DNA of 64,000 nt from an uncultured virus (IMG/VR IMGVR_UViG_3300020183_006727) (IMGVR_UViG_3300020183_006727), one strand, 5' to 3'; counted from the stretch's first letter, positions 46,766 to 57,158 are shown. Program-made: numbers and translations. Notes: a model not told the origin generated them from the sequence alone.

Positions 46766-48805
46766 ATGTTTGACAATACAGGGAAGAAAAAACTGAAGGT
46801 TGGAGACCTGTTCGCGGGGGTGGGCGGATTCAGCCTCGGTTTCATGCGGGAGGGTTGTGAGTTGTGCTGGGCTGTGGAGTGGGACAAGACCTGCCAAAAG
46901 GTCTTGCGCAAGCAGCACCCCCACACGAAGATATTCGGGGACATCACCAAGGTGGCTGCGGAAGACCTTGAGGATGTCGACATCATAATAGGTGGCAGCC
47001 CGTGTCAAGATTTATCAGTGGCTGGTAAAAGAAAGGGTCTAGAAGGAGAAAGGTCAGGCTTATTCCATGAATTCATTCGACTTGTTCGGGCCAAGAGTCC
47101 TCGCTGGGTGGTATGGGAAAACGTTCCGGGAGCCCTCAGCTCAAACGGAGGAAAAGACTTCGGAGTGGTACTCGGTGAAATGGCAGACAGCGGGTATCCT
47201 GACATCGCCTACCGAGTTCTTGATGCCCGCTACTTCGGAGTTGCGCAAAGACGAAGGAGAGTCTTTGTCGTTGCCTCGCGTGAAGTTGTCGGAGGTCCTA
47301 CAGAGTCCCGCTCAGCCATGGTGCTCGGACTACTTGAGCCAATACAAACTCAGCAAAAAAGCTTGCGAAGGCATATTGAGGCGTGCAGAGCGCAGGGGCA
47401 AGCTCCTCCCCCAGTTGCTGAAAGAGGCCCTCAATCAGCAGGTGAACAGGGTGGAGGAGCCTCCGCAACAGGGCTCGGAAGGGAAGAAAGCATCTTCAGC
47501 GAGCAAAAAATCAAAGCAATTACGGAAGCCCTCAACGAGGGCAGCGAAGTCGGAGAGGTCGGCAAAGCCAAGTTCTTCGCCGAAGAAGGGAAGGGGAAAT
47601 GGTGGGACGCAGGAGACGAATCGTCGAGCTTGACAACGAGATGTCATGATCAATTCATGCCAGACAAGGGCAACTTTGCTGCGGTCATAGAACATGTGCC
47701 ATGTCAGGGATTTAGGTATGTAAATCAGCAGACTGGTATCGTACCAACAGATGAGGTTGGTGCTCTGCGATCATGCATGGGTCGCGCAGGTGTGCACGAG
47801 TTTAATCACCCGGTTATCGCACAACAGTCTGAAGAAACCATGGCTTTCAGGCTTGGACAGACGGGCGCAAATGGAATAGGTGTATCAAATGACGCATATG
47901 CGCTGGACGGCTCATCTCCACAGGGCGTGATGCAGCCAGATGCCGTTGAAGCACTTGCATTTCAGCCAAGATTTTTCACTAGGGATCAACGCACTGGAAA
48001 TGCAGAATCGTGCAGCACAGATGTTGTTTCACCGCTGACCGCAGGTGGTCTTGGAGATTCTGCAAATCACGTCGCTATATCTGGTCAGGAAATTACTCAA
48101 GCATACAGCATACGCGAAGATGCAAAGAAAAATAATTTCAGCGCAACTCCGCTCGAAGTTGCCAACGCCCTCCAGGCACTTCAGCCTGCGCCAACCAGTC
48201 ACCATGCCCAAACCTATATTGCTCAGAATGATAAATATCACCAAGAGGTGGTGGGATCATTAGCGGCAAGAGACTATAAGGGTGTTGGAAATCAATATGT
48301 TAGCGAAGGAAAATGTATTGTGCAGCATGAAAACAACCCAGCCCTAGCATATGATGGAATGAATCAGAAACTTTCTGACGACCTGCATCACTCCCTCAGG
48401 ACGGGCAAGGATTCCAGTGACTGCGTGATCAGCCAGTCGGATGTGTTCCGCAAGTCTGCTAGGGCACAGACAAATACAGACGATGAGTCTTGGGTTCCTG
48501 CCGACCACAGCAACACGCTCAACGCGTTTGATACTGGAGAACGCGACACCCATGCGGTAGTGCGGACAGAGACTGAACCAGCCCACAGCCGTGGAGGTAT
48601 GGTCGTTCGCCGTCTGACCCCCGTTGAGTGCTGCGTCCTCATGGGATGGCCGCATGACTGGAATGAGTTTGGAGAAGAAGAAGATGGCCGTATCGTGACG
48701 ATTAGCAATGCGCAGCGTTACAAACAGTGTGGCAACGGTGTTGTTTCTAACTGCTCACAGTGGATAGCTGCAGGGATACTGAGCCTAGAGGGGCTCAGCG
48801 AATGA
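46766..48805 (+). CDS. DNA (cytosine-5) methyltransferase with a very long modular variable region
   Basis: FAGVGG (I), GSPCQD (IV), ENV (VI), QRRRR (VIII), RRLTP.EC (IX), YKQCGNGV (X). Confidence 0.95.
   Translation: MFDNTGKKKLKVGDLFAGVGGFSLGFMREGCELCWAVEWDKTCQKVLRKQHPHTKIFGDITKVAAEDLEDVDIIIGGSPCQDLSVAGKRKGLEGERSGLFHEFIRLVRAKSPRWVVWENVPGALSSNGGKDFGVVLGEMADSGYPDIAYRVLDARYFGVAQRRRRVFVVASREVVGGPTESRSAMVLGLLEPIQTQQKSLRRHIEACRAQGQAPPPVAERGPQSAGEQGGGASATGLGREESIFSEQKIKAITEALNEGSEVGEVGKAKFFAEEGKGKWWDAGDESSSLTTRCHDQFMPDKGNFAAVIEHVPCQGFRYVNQQTGIVPTDEVGALRSCMGRAGVHEFNHPVIAQQSEETMAFRLGQTGANGIGVSNDAYALDGSSPQGVMQPDAVEALAFQPRFFTRDQRTGNAESCSTDVVSPLTAGGLGDSANHVAISGQEITQAYSIREDAKKNNFSATPLEVANALQALQPAPTSHHAQTYIAQNDKYHQEVVGSLAARDYKGVGNQYVSEGKCIVQHENNPALAYDGMNQKLSDDLHHSLRTGKDSSDCVISQSDVFRKSARAQTNTDDESWVPADHSNTLNAFDTGERDTHAVVRTETEPAHSRGGMVVRRLTPVECCVLMGWPHDWNEFGEEEDGRIVTISNAQRYKQCGNGVVSNCSQWIAAGILSLEGLSE
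47067..47633 (+). CDS. Overlapping alternative-frame ORF inside the MTase (M.EcoHK31I beta-polypeptide-like)
   Basis: 188 open codons; LSEVLQ...Y.LSKKACEGILRRAERRGKLLPQLLKEAL. Confidence 0.6.
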   Translation: MNSFDLFGPRVLAGWYGKTFREPSAQTEEKTSEWYSVKWQTAGILTSPTEFLMPATSELRKDEGESLSLPRVKLSEVLQSPAQPWCSDYLSQYKLSKKACEGILRRAERRGKLLPQLLKEALNQQVNRVEEPPQQGSEGKKASSASKKSKQLRKPSTRAAKSERSAKPSSSPKKGRGNGGTQETNRRA

Positions 48806-49571
48806 ATAATCTCTGGGGTTTTTTCCCTGGAGATTGACCCGGGAATCGGTGTATAACTGGTCGCAGGGCCGGATGTCCGGCCACGGACATCCAAGACGCT
48901 GCACCTCCACCATTCTTATGATGGTGAGCCACGGACGGAACTAGAAGTTCGCAGTGCCCCCAACATCCTTCTTCACTAATTTCATCAAGCGATGCCATGA
49001 GTCTTGCTGACATCACGGTGGCAGTGTAATGACATATCGTGGTGTCCTTTAGCCATTCTGGAGGACGCACAGTTGGCGGCTGTATGGCATCAGGGCCAGG
49101 TCTGTATGTTTTTACCGGGTGGGCAAGAAACTTATGGTGAGCAAATGCTGGAGTTAGGGCCTGGGCGGCTCTAAATGGAGCATCCCACCACAGGTCGTGC
49201 TCCCACACCATAAACCTGCCCTCTGGTCTTCCGTTTTCCCTCCACCATTGGAGTGCTGGAAGATGTCCCAATACCCACTTGATGGGTCTTTTGGGGCCAC
49301 CGTCCTTGGGAAAAACCCTAGGGGTGTCTTGTGGACAAGAATCATATGTTTCAAAGATTTTGGGCCAAATTTGCCGAATTCGATAATCTGTATTGGTAAA
49401 AATGGATGAGTTTTTACCCAATACACCCCCATACTGACAGCCTCCGGCTGAATCTCCGTCGCACATCCATACAACATTTGCCATCCCACTGAGTAGGTGG
49501 CTCAACTCATCAAATCTACCTTGTGTTTTTTCATCGTTTTGATGGGTTCTGTACAGTAACCAATTTTGCAT
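48795..49571 (-). CDS. Hypothetical protein, possibly GT-like
   Basis: 258-aa ORF; WEHD motif. Confidence 0.65.
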   Translation of the reverse strand: MQNWLLYRTHQNDEKTQGRFDELSHLLSGMANVVWMCDGDSAGGCQYGGVLGKNSSIFTNTDYRIRQIWPKIFETYDSCPQDTPRVFPKDGGPKRPIKWVLGHLPALQWWRENGRPEGRFMVWEHDLWWDAPFRAAQALTPAFAHHKFLAHPVKTYRPGPDAIQPPTVRPPEWLKDTTICHYTATVMSARLMASLDEISEEGCWGHCELLVPSVAHHHKNGGGAASWMSVAGHPALRPVIHRFPGQSPGKKPQRLFIR

Positions 49572-49620
49572 ATGGTTTCATCGGCAAAGGAAATGGCGAT
49601 TGTGGTTTGTAAAAAGAATC

Positions 49621-50046
49621 ATGCGAAGAATATTCTCAATAAAAGATTCCTCTTCTCTCGTCCGCACTGCAATCAAGGCAGGAGATCCTGACGACCAATT
49701 TTGGAAATTGATTATGTCTGGAGAGCCTGCCGTGAGGGGCGGTTCCCGAGATTCTTGGGAGTCGCGTCTCCGTAATTCCGATGAAGTTGATGACTGGTCA
49801 GATAATAACGACGTGTTCGAATTCATATTTGTTTACTCGCCACCAAAGAGAATTAAAAATCAGTTGCCGTTATATCTAAAGATGAATAAGGATGTAAAAC
49901 TCATCAGCGTTAACCAGCCATCAGATGAAATGAATGTTGTGGAGGTAAAGGTGATGGCTCGTGTCGAAAAAGAAGACGCCTTTGACGCAATCAGAAATGT
50001 TCTTACGGAAGACCTTGGTCTCTTCATAGAAGAAGCGAGAGGATAA
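49621..50046 (+). CDS. Hypothetical protein
   Basis: First gene of a + operon; leader ending VRTA. Confidence 0.7.
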   Translation: MRRIFSIKDSSSLVRTAIKAGDPDDQFWKLIMSGEPAVRGGSRDSWESRLRNSDEVDDWSDNNDVFEFIFVYSPPKRIKNQLPLYLKMNKDVKLISVNQPSDEMNVVEVKVMARVEKEDAFDAIRNVLTEDLGLFIEEARG

Positions 50047-50048
50047 AC

Positions 50049-50876
50049 ATGGCAAACTGCAGTGAAGATAAGTTCGAGAAAACCGATGTCGTGACCAAAT
50101 TTATGGCTGCAAAAGCAGCAGAAGACCTGATTGCATCTGGAAAGTCCTTCTCCTTTCCCATAGCGCTGTACATCGTCAATGAAGAAGACGTGGTCAGGGG
50201 CTTGGCAGAACCAGAACTGTACTTTGACAGTGCTGATTCCAAAAAAATCCAAAATAGAAAAGTCATGGATTCTGTGAAGAGTGATTCTGGCAAATGTGTC
50301 TATAAAGTCTTCGGAACATACGAGGACAGATCACAATTTAAAGGACTACTCGGCAGGTCTCAGTCGTTTGGCAAAAGGAGAGAACAGAGAGCAATCGAGC
50401 CAATAGACATGGGCAGGCGGTGGAACGCTCCACCTGGATTAACGCTTTCCATGACTAAGAAAGATTGGATCCGCATCGGCGAAAATGCGGGGTGGATAAA
50501 GTCAGCACAACAGCAGCAACCGATGATACCCATAGGACAAATGGAGTCTCCGCAGGCCCAAGGGGTTGCCATGCAGGCCATGGAGACGAACGCAGAGCAA
50601 ACCAAAAGAATTCAAGAGGCCCTAAGCGGAGGCAGCAAGAAGATGGCGGATCAACTGGCTGCTCTGCAACGACAACTGGCCTCCAAGCAGCAGGCATACA
50701 ACGTCGGATGCAAGCAGGGAAATGAATCTCAAAGTCCTGATTGCGTGGAGATTCAGAATGCAATGAACGAAATTCAGGAGCAAATGTCAACCATCCAACA
50801 ACAAGCTGACAAAAACAAGTCAGACTTAGAACAGTTGTCCAAAAACAACCTTATCGGAGGCTTCAGTTTAGCATGA
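50049..50876 (+). CDS. Hypothetical protein with internal MTKKDWIRIGENAGWIKSA motif and Gln-rich coiled coil
   Basis: GAGG RBS; shared motif. Confidence 0.75.
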   Translation: MANCSEDKFEKTDVVTKFMAAKAAEDLIASGKSFSFPIALYIVNEEDVVRGLAEPELYFDSADSKKIQNRKVMDSVKSDSGKCVYKVFGTYEDRSQFKGLLGRSQSFGKRREQRAIEPIDMGRRWNAPPGLTLSMTKKDWIRIGENAGWIKSAQQQQPMIPIGQMESPQAQGVAMQAMETNAEQTKRIQEALSGGSKKMADQLAALQRQLASKQQAYNVGCKQGNESQSPDCVEIQNAMNEIQEQMSTIQQQADKNKSDLEQLSKNNLIGGFSLA

Positions 50877-52348
50877 AAAATTCAAACAAGAATATAGAAG
50901 TTGTAGTTGCTCAGGTCAGTCCTGATTATGCACGTTCGCAAATTCCGGGGGTGGCAACCGACATAGAGGGGCAGATTAGAGCAAAGGGAGGACAGGGCGT
51001 GGTGGTTCCCCTGTTCACAAGAAGCCTACATGAAATGACTGGGGGTGGAAAAGGAGTGCTTGCCGATTTGATCAGGCAGCATATGCCCTGGCTGCCTCCA
51101 AATCTAGAAAACCTCATGCTGCCTGCATGGTATTATTTGGAGCACCATGAGTTCAAGGCGGCTCCGGGACCTAACGGCAGAGATGTATACTACTTCATAT
51201 TGAAGCGGGAAAAAGATAAAAAAACTGGTGAAAAATTCACGATATTTGATATCACCAATCAGGAGATACGAACCATAGATGAGAACGATCCAATATTTAC
51301 CCAAGCCAAAGATATACACATAAATACCGAAAAGATCAGAATGGAGGCGTTGAACATCTTAATAAAAAGGCACAATAGATTTATGGAAGGCCTTGAAGAT
51401 GCTGGTCGTCGTGGCGGGATACCGGCGTGGTGCCAAATGGTGGGAGCTGCTCGAAAAATTGCTCAAGACAGAAAGACTCAGCTTGAAGCTCAGATTGCAG
51501 CGGCAGCAGCGAGACAGGGTGCGCCTGAAGCTGCGGGAAGAGTTGAATTGCAGAAAAATTTCTCTCGTGGTGCTGAAGCCGCATTTGCTGATGCATTAAA
51601 AAATGGAAGCATGTTCTCCACTTTTGAAAGTGTGATAGTGCGCATTCTCTCAAATTCTGCTGGGCAAGAAGATGAGTTGGCGACACATATTAGGGCGAAC
51701 GGACTAGACTTGAGCAACCTGGTCAGCAACCTCGTACAAAAGGGAGTAGATCGACAGGAGGCACAAAATCAGGTTGACGGCATGCTGGTGTTCATTGCCG
51801 ATGTCGCAGAAAGAATAGTTCAGGAGCGACAAAGAAAAAGAGATAGAGTTACAACTCCCAGGGAGCCAGTTGATGCTGAGAATCTGAGGAGACAGGTTCC
51901 TAGCAGTATACCAGTACTCACAATCGATGATATGCCTGCTTTTGTTCATTCCAGATTGCAGGGGTACGCCCATATGAGGAATTATGAGGCGCAGGGAAGG
52001 GCCATGATGGCCGGAATAGAGACAGAACAAATTGAAGATGTCGACAAGGTGATCAAACACATGGATGAAATCATCAGCATCGTGTGTAAAAACAGATATT
52101 TTTCCAAACTAGAAGAAATTAGTCAAAGCCAGCTTAGAGTGCAGACACTAAAGGCTGCCAAAGGTGGACTGCTTGACTTTTTCAAAAAGTATAATTCTGA
52201 AATGTTTGTCACCAACAAAGAAACTGGCGATTTGAGAATAAACAAAACCAGGATAGGCGGCGGGCAGGGCAAAGAAGCCTTGGGCAATGTTAAACTGTGC
52301 ATCTACCTTGTGCAGATATATGACAAGCTTGAAATGATGGGCATATGA
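50873..52348 (+). CDS. Hypothetical protein
   Basis: 491-aa coupled ORF. Confidence 0.8.
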   Translation: MKNSNKNIEVVVAQVSPDYARSQIPGVATDIEGQIRAKGGQGVVVPLFTRSLHEMTGGGKGVLADLIRQHMPWLPPNLENLMLPAWYYLEHHEFKAAPGPNGRDVYYFILKREKDKKTGEKFTIFDITNQEIRTIDENDPIFTQAKDIHINTEKIRMEALNILIKRHNRFMEGLEDAGRRGGIPAWCQMVGAARKIAQDRKTQLEAQIAAAAARQGAPEAAGRVELQKNFSRGAEAAFADALKNGSMFSTFESVIVRILSNSAGQEDELATHIRANGLDLSNLVSNLVQKGVDRQEAQNQVDGMLVFIADVAERIVQERQRKRDRVTTPREPVDAENLRRQVPSSIPVLTIDDMPAFVHSRLQGYAHMRNYEAQGRAMMAGIETEQIEDVDKVIKHMDEIISIVCKNRYFSKLEEISQSQLRVQTLKAAKGGLLDFFKKYNSEMFVTNKETGDLRINKTRIGGGQGKEALGNVKLCIYLVQIYDKLEMMGI

Positions 52349-52791
52349 AGCATGTAAAGTTGTCGTATGCAGACTGGCTTAAGATCGGTCATGCGTTTGG
52401 CACGTCGAAAATTGCCCAAGATATTGGGGCTCCACCAGGCGGAGCCACTGGCGGTCCAGCTGGAGTCGCAGGCACCGTTTCAGGAATCGATGCGGCTCTT
52501 ATTGACAAAGACACAAATAACGATGAAGATCATCTGAATAGACTCAATGTGCTGTTCAGGAGGGCGCTCCGAAGCAGAAAGAATTCAGATGATCCAGTTG
52601 AAAGCGCACTCATGGATGCATGTCAGGCAGACGGCTCTAGACTATTTCCATCGCAACTTGATGTAGATCTGACGCAGGATCCACCCGTGATACGTGGATG
52701 GTATGGTCTTGAGCTTGGGCCACAGACGCCAAAGCCTCCTACCCCCGCTGGCGAACCTCCAGGCGGAGCGGCTCCACCTACAGGAATGTGA
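52345..52791 (+). CDS. Hypothetical protein with LSYADWLKIG...KIA leader
   Basis: Coupled ORF; shared motif. Confidence 0.75.
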   Translation: MKHVKLSYADWLKIGHAFGTSKIAQDIGAPPGGATGGPAGVAGTVSGIDAALIDKDTNNDEDHLNRLNVLFRRALRSRKNSDDPVESALMDACQADGSRLFPSQLDVDLTQDPPVIRGWYGLELGPQTPKPPTPAGEPPGGAAPPTGM

Positions 52792-53418
52792 ATGCCAATC
52801 ATAAAGCACACAATTCCACAATTGCCATATGGATATGGAGATTTGGACCCGCACATAGGTTCAGAAACCATGCGTCTCCACCATCAAAAACACCACAAGG
52901 CCTACTGCGACAAGCTCAATGAACTTCTTGCAGATGAACCGTCTCTGGTTGAACTGGACATAGAAAAGCTTATCGTCGAAGTTGGGTCGGCCGAAAACGG
53001 TAAATGGCTAAAAATCAGAAACAACGCAGGCGGCGTTTTCAACCATCAGATATGGTGGCCTATGATGACACCCAATCCAGACAAGCCAGGAGACATGCTG
53101 AATAAAATGATTGAAGAATCATTTGGAAACATTGACGGCATGCAGTCTGAATTTGTTGATGCATGCTCTGATTCTTTCGGCAGTTCGTGGGTTTGGCTGG
53201 TGGTGCGGAACAAAACTCTTGACATAGTGCAGACCAAAATGCAAGACAATCCTCTTGGCCTCGGGATCGGCTACCCAGTGTTGGGATGCGACCTGTGGGA
53301 GCATGCGTATTATCTTGACAGGCGTAATCGTAAGAACGACTGGGTTAACAACTTCTGGGAGGTAATCAACTGGAAAGAAGTGGAAAACAGGATACTCATG
53401 TCGGAGGGAGAGGTATGA
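52792..53418 (+). CDS. Fe/Mn superoxide dismutase
   Basis: LPY.Y..L.P.I, HHQKHH..Y, NNAGG..NH, FGSSW.WL, DLWEHAYY. Confidence 0.95.
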   Translation: MPIIKHTIPQLPYGYGDLDPHIGSETMRLHHQKHHKAYCDKLNELLADEPSLVELDIEKLIVEVGSAENGKWLKIRNNAGGVFNHQIWWPMMTPNPDKPGDMLNKMIEESFGNIDGMQSEFVDACSDSFGSSWVWLVVRNKTLDIVQTKMQDNPLGLGIGYPVLGCDLWEHAYYLDRRNRKNDWVNNFWEVINWKEVENRILMSEGEV

Positions 53419-53678
53419 TAAACAACTGGTATCAGAGACAGTTGGAGAAGATAGCAGACATTCATGGATCCATGTCGGCAAAGTCTCCAAAAAGCATAAA
53501 GAAACTGATAGAAAACTGTGTCGGGATCAGCATATCCGATGATGCCGCAATAAAGATTGCATCAGTTGTAGAGAATGCGAATGACGAGTCTGAGATATGT
53601 GCGGCTTTAAAAGAGACTGGGAAACTGCCGATTGCTGCTGCAAGATCTTTGGCGCATTCCATAATGCCAGTCCGATGA
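53415..53678 (+). CDS. Hypothetical protein with NWYQR..EKIA leader
   Basis: GAGG RBS; coupled ORF. Confidence 0.7.
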   Translation: MINNWYQRQLEKIADIHGSMSAKSPKSIKKLIENCVGISISDDAAIKIASVVENANDESEICAALKETGKLPIAAARSLAHSIMPVR

Positions 53679-55217
53679 TCATTTCTTATACAGCAATTTA
53701 CTAAAAATCTTGGACCTAAAAGATCGGAATGCGCCGTATGATGCCGTCATGCTTTGGTATAGTTCTGATTGTGTGTGGCCAAAATAATCAGAAGGATCAA
53801 TATCCCACAGGGTATGATTTAATAGGCGAATTGAATAAACAGCAGTATTGGCTAAATCTTGCTTCCATTTGGAAAAGTTGACCCTCTCTGATATCTGCGG
53901 TGTGTATAGCCACTTCGTTGTATCCCCACCAGCCCACCAGGGCTGGATGTTGTACTGTCTGAAATAAACATCAAAATTAGCGTTAGGCTCACCCTGATAC
54001 TCGAGTATCAATATAAATTCTCTCCATGTCGGTGGCGGCAACGGAGATGGAGAGTTGCGTCTCATAACTGTACGAATGTGTGCGAATCCAGAAAAATAGT
54101 ATGGCTCCTCTAAGGATGGTGTAGAAATGACATTATCAAAATCATCTATATAAATGTACTCGCTCTGTGGGTGGTTATAACTCCCGCGACGTGAGTCTTT
54201 GCCACTTTGTGATATGTTGAATGTTTGACTATACATTTCTACAACCATGCCAAATGATTCGCCTTCAACCTTTATTCTTGCGCCATCAAATTTATCAAAA
54301 TTAATATTTACAGTCCCTGCTGGACCAAGCATATTGCTTTGTGTGGTTGATACACTGTGATTTGTTGATATAAGCTTCGTGTTGGAATTGCTTTTCGTTG
54401 CTGATGTAAAATGCCCTAAATTTATATTAAATCTCTTGCTCATACTGTTGTTAAGGCTCAAACCGAGCAAGTTTCCTGTCCCGTCAAGCAGGCGCCCATC
54501 AAGATCTTGCACCACTAGGTCGTTGCAGACAGAACTTAACTGAAGCATGTCTATTCCATGAAACTCTGCCTCTTCTCCGAAGAGGTCATCGACCCATCCG
54601 TCTGCCAATGCAGATACAGATGATGGGTTTTCTTCGCCAAAAGTAAGAGTGTTCAGATTTTGAATCTCTCCGAATTTGTGCAGAAGTCGGTTGGCGACCC
54701 AAGAGGCAAGAAACACTGTGTCTTTCATTTCTCCAAGGGCAGATGTTGAAAAAACTCCTATACTGTCTAATCTTTCAACCTCTGCGCTCAAAGAAGTTCT
54801 GAAGTTAGGATCGGTTTCATCCATTCTATGAAGCAAGGCCCTGATACTCAGAAGTATTGATGAAGAAAGCAGATCTGACCATCCTGAAAACACATGGAGG
54901 GAAGACGCCCCATTTTCGAGAAAGTCTAAAATAGTGTCTTCGTCTGCAGGTTTGCAGATTACAAGCAAAACATGTTTGTCGGGAGTGGCAAGTACTTTTA
55001 ACGAATGTCCAGTAGGTCGCATCAGCCACCTGACTAGAGCCCTGCATTTGAGAACATCTGCATCGCTTGTGGCAGAGTCACATATCAGCAGACATTTAAG
55101 ATCGGATGGCATATCAATCGAGGCCAGGACAACATCCGCCGAGCCAATTGTTGTGCCCCTGGTTTCATGCGGAAGAAGCAGAGCTTCAACCATTTCTTTT
55201 GTTTTGCCTAATACCAT
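53679..55217 (-). CDS. Hypothetical protein
   Basis: 512-aa ORF in a minus-strand operon. Confidence 0.75.
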   Translation of the reverse strand: MVLGKTKEMVEALLLPHETRGTTIGSADVVLASIDMPSDLKCLLICDSATSDADVLKCRALVRWLMRPTGHSLKVLATPDKHVLLVICKPADEDTILDFLENGASSLHVFSGWSDLLSSSILLSIRALLHRMDETDPNFRTSLSAEVERLDSIGVFSTSALGEMKDTVFLASWVANRLLHKFGEIQNLNTLTFGEENPSSVSALADGWVDDLFGEEAEFHGIDMLQLSSVCNDLVVQDLDGRLLDGTGNLLGLSLNNSMSKRFNINLGHFTSATKSNSNTKLISTNHSVSTTQSNMLGPAGTVNINFDKFDGARIKVEGESFGMVVEMYSQTFNISQSGKDSRRGSYNHPQSEYIYIDDFDNVISTPSLEEPYYFSGFAHIRTVMRRNSPSPLPPPTWREFILILEYQGEPNANFDVYFRQYNIQPWWAGGDTTKWLYTPQISERVNFSKWKQDLANTAVYSIRLLNHTLWDIDPSDYFGHTQSELYQSMTASYGAFRSFRSKIFSKLLYKK

Positions 55218-55223
55218 GAGTTA

Positions 55224-55805
55224 TTAAAGGCTTGGGTTGTCAAATGATTCTGTTTCCGTTATGAAGAAAACAGGATTTGAAGTTGAAGACTCCATGAAGC
55301 CAGCAATCTTAAAAGAAAGATATTTTGGCTGAGTGTACGGCACGGTGGCAAATAATTCGTCATTTTCGTTCTTAAAATATATGGTGATGTCAGTGCCTGC
55401 AGATATGACCAGTCTAGTTTCAGCAAAAACTCCAGTGCCTGATCCTGAAATGTCAGCCAAAGAAGTGAGAAAAACCTTCACCGTTGTTGTCGTTTCTCCG
55501 TCATCGTATCCATCGTATTTTATCAACTTTGCAGAATCGGTCGCAAGATCTATATTGAGAGTATCTGACAACTGATGAGTTTTTGATTCGCACATGTGCA
55601 TCTGAGATACAAAAACTGCATTCGATGCCACTCCACCTCCGAAATCAACTGAAACCTTGCCAGCTCCCAAACTGATGCCGGTGGCATTCCCTGCGCCATC
55701 CCTGACAGGAATATGCTCAGAGCTAGACACTCCATTGCCACCGTTGTCGACGTGCAGCAGATCTTTGTAACTTGCTGATGGTGTTTTGTCTTTTAAACTT
55801 GCCAT
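55224..55805 (-). CDS. Putative virion structural (fibre-associated) protein
   Basis: MASL...P..SYKDLL..DN...V.DG.G N-terminus; beta-rich. Confidence 0.55.
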   Translation of the reverse strand: MASLKDKTPSASYKDLLHVDNGGNGVSSSEHIPVRDGAGNATGISLGAGKVSVDFGGGVASNAVFVSQMHMCESKTHQLSDTLNIDLATDSAKLIKYDGYDDGETTTTVKVFLTSLADISGSGTGVFAETRLVISAGTDITIYFKNENDELFATVPYTQPKYLSFKIAGFMESSTSNPVFFITETESFDNPSL

Positions 55806-56206
55806 TATCTTACTCCATATGAAGAGATTCTGAATTTACCAGGATTGACTACAACAAGAGTACGAGGGGAACTGAACCAAATCCCATCGAAATCTCCATG
55901 TTTTACAAAAGCAGGAATCTCAGACCCGGGATCTAGTTTCATGCCTGAGGCGATTATGTTGCTCAACTTTTCATATTCATCACGAACATTGTCGTGAAGT
56001 ATTCTTGGCTTACCAAGAATTTTTACCTTAAAAAATGACCCGCTCGACGGCGGGTTGAGACCCAAGTGGCAAACTATGCCATCTGGCATTTCTCTTCCAA
56101 TATTGGCGTTCGAAGGCAGTGAAAGAGAGAACAATTCAACTGCATTCCAGTTTGGAATAATTCTTCCAATACAATCTACTATTTTTGATTTTTTAGCCTC
56201 TTCCAT
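55805..56206 (-). CDS. Hypothetical protein
   Basis: ATG 8 nt after the AGG-N18-GAAAT motif. Confidence 0.7.
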   Translation of the reverse strand: MEEAKKSKIVDCIGRIIPNWNAVELFSLSLPSNANIGREMPDGIVCHLGLNPPSSGSFFKVKILGKPRILHDNVRDEYEKLSNIIASGMKLDPGSEIPAFVKHGDFDGIWFSSPRTLVVVNPGKFRISSYGVR

Positions 56207-56516
56207 ATCATATGATTTCCCTAATGAAGCATTATCACCTACTAGCCAGACAGGATGTATCTAAATCTACGTGTATTTTACATTGTGGTCGTATGTGGTC
56301 GGAACAACTGGCCAAATCAGAGACAAGTGCTTTTTTATACACCTATAGGAAAGCCTGCGGACAGGTGCTCGTATCTGCTCGTGAAAAGTGGATTGGTTTT
56401 TGAGGTATGCGTTTGGGAAGACACTCCAATTTTGGTTGTTACTAGGCGGATGGAACTGCATGGAGAAATAGCAATAGAAAATTGGATACAAAGCATGAGG
56501 TATATGATCGATGCAT

Positions 56517-56855
56517 ATGAGTGGTGAAGATGTCATGTCGTTGTTTAGCTTTGCCGTGCTTGGGGTCGCTGGGGCCACGGTGCTTGTTGAAAAGCGCGAC
56601 GAAGCGCCAGTGAGTTACATAAGTAATTTCATCCGATGGGTAATGACAAAGATGCGCATTGGCTATGTAACAAAATTGCTAGAATGCACTGTTTGTTGTT
56701 CTTTTTGGATGGCAGGCATAATAGAAGTTATATGGGGATTATGGTTCTACCAAGAGCTAGCAGGGTGGCCATATTGGCCATTCAGCGGGCTAGTTGCCTC
56801 TGCCATAAGTTTCTATGTAATCGATTTTCTCAATACCATAGATAAGAACGGCTAA
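56517..56855 (+). CDS. Membrane protein with CxxCxxFW (DUF1360-like)
   Basis: LLECTVCCSFW; three hydrophobic segments. Confidence 0.65.
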   Translation: MSGEDVMSLFSFAVLGVAGATVLVEKRDEAPVSYISNFIRWVMTKMRIGYVTKLLECTVCCSFWMAGIIEVIWGLWFYQELAGWPYWPFSGLVASAISFYVIDFLNTIDKNG

Positions 56856-56857
56856 CA

Positions 56858-57151
56858 ATGACAAAGATCATAATGATAATCATGGCAATGGCCATGAGTT
56901 CGTGCTATGCCTTGCCTGCCGAGGTGCAGGAATGCAAAACTGAATCAAAGCAAGACGTAGTCGACAAGCAGATCATGCTGTCAGTTCAACATGTTCCTGA
57001 AGAGGAGCGTGTGCAAATACCGATGACAGAAGCAAAAGGATTGCAAAATGAATCCACTACGCAATGGGCATACTTAAATAGGGTCATTGTTGTTGCGTTG
57101 CTGGGCGCGGTTGGATTGGCAGCATGGAAGTTTTTGCCAAGAAAAGAGTGA
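56858..57151 (+). CDS. Small protein with signal/lipoprotein-like N-terminus and C-terminal TM
   Basis: MAMSSC; VIVVALLGAVGLAAWKF. Confidence 0.6.
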   Translation: MTKIIMIIMAMAMSSCYALPAEVQECKTESKQDVVDKQIMLSVQHVPEEERVQIPMTEAKGLQNESTTQWAYLNRVIVVALLGAVGLAAWKFLPRKE

Positions 57152-57158
57152 CTTACAT

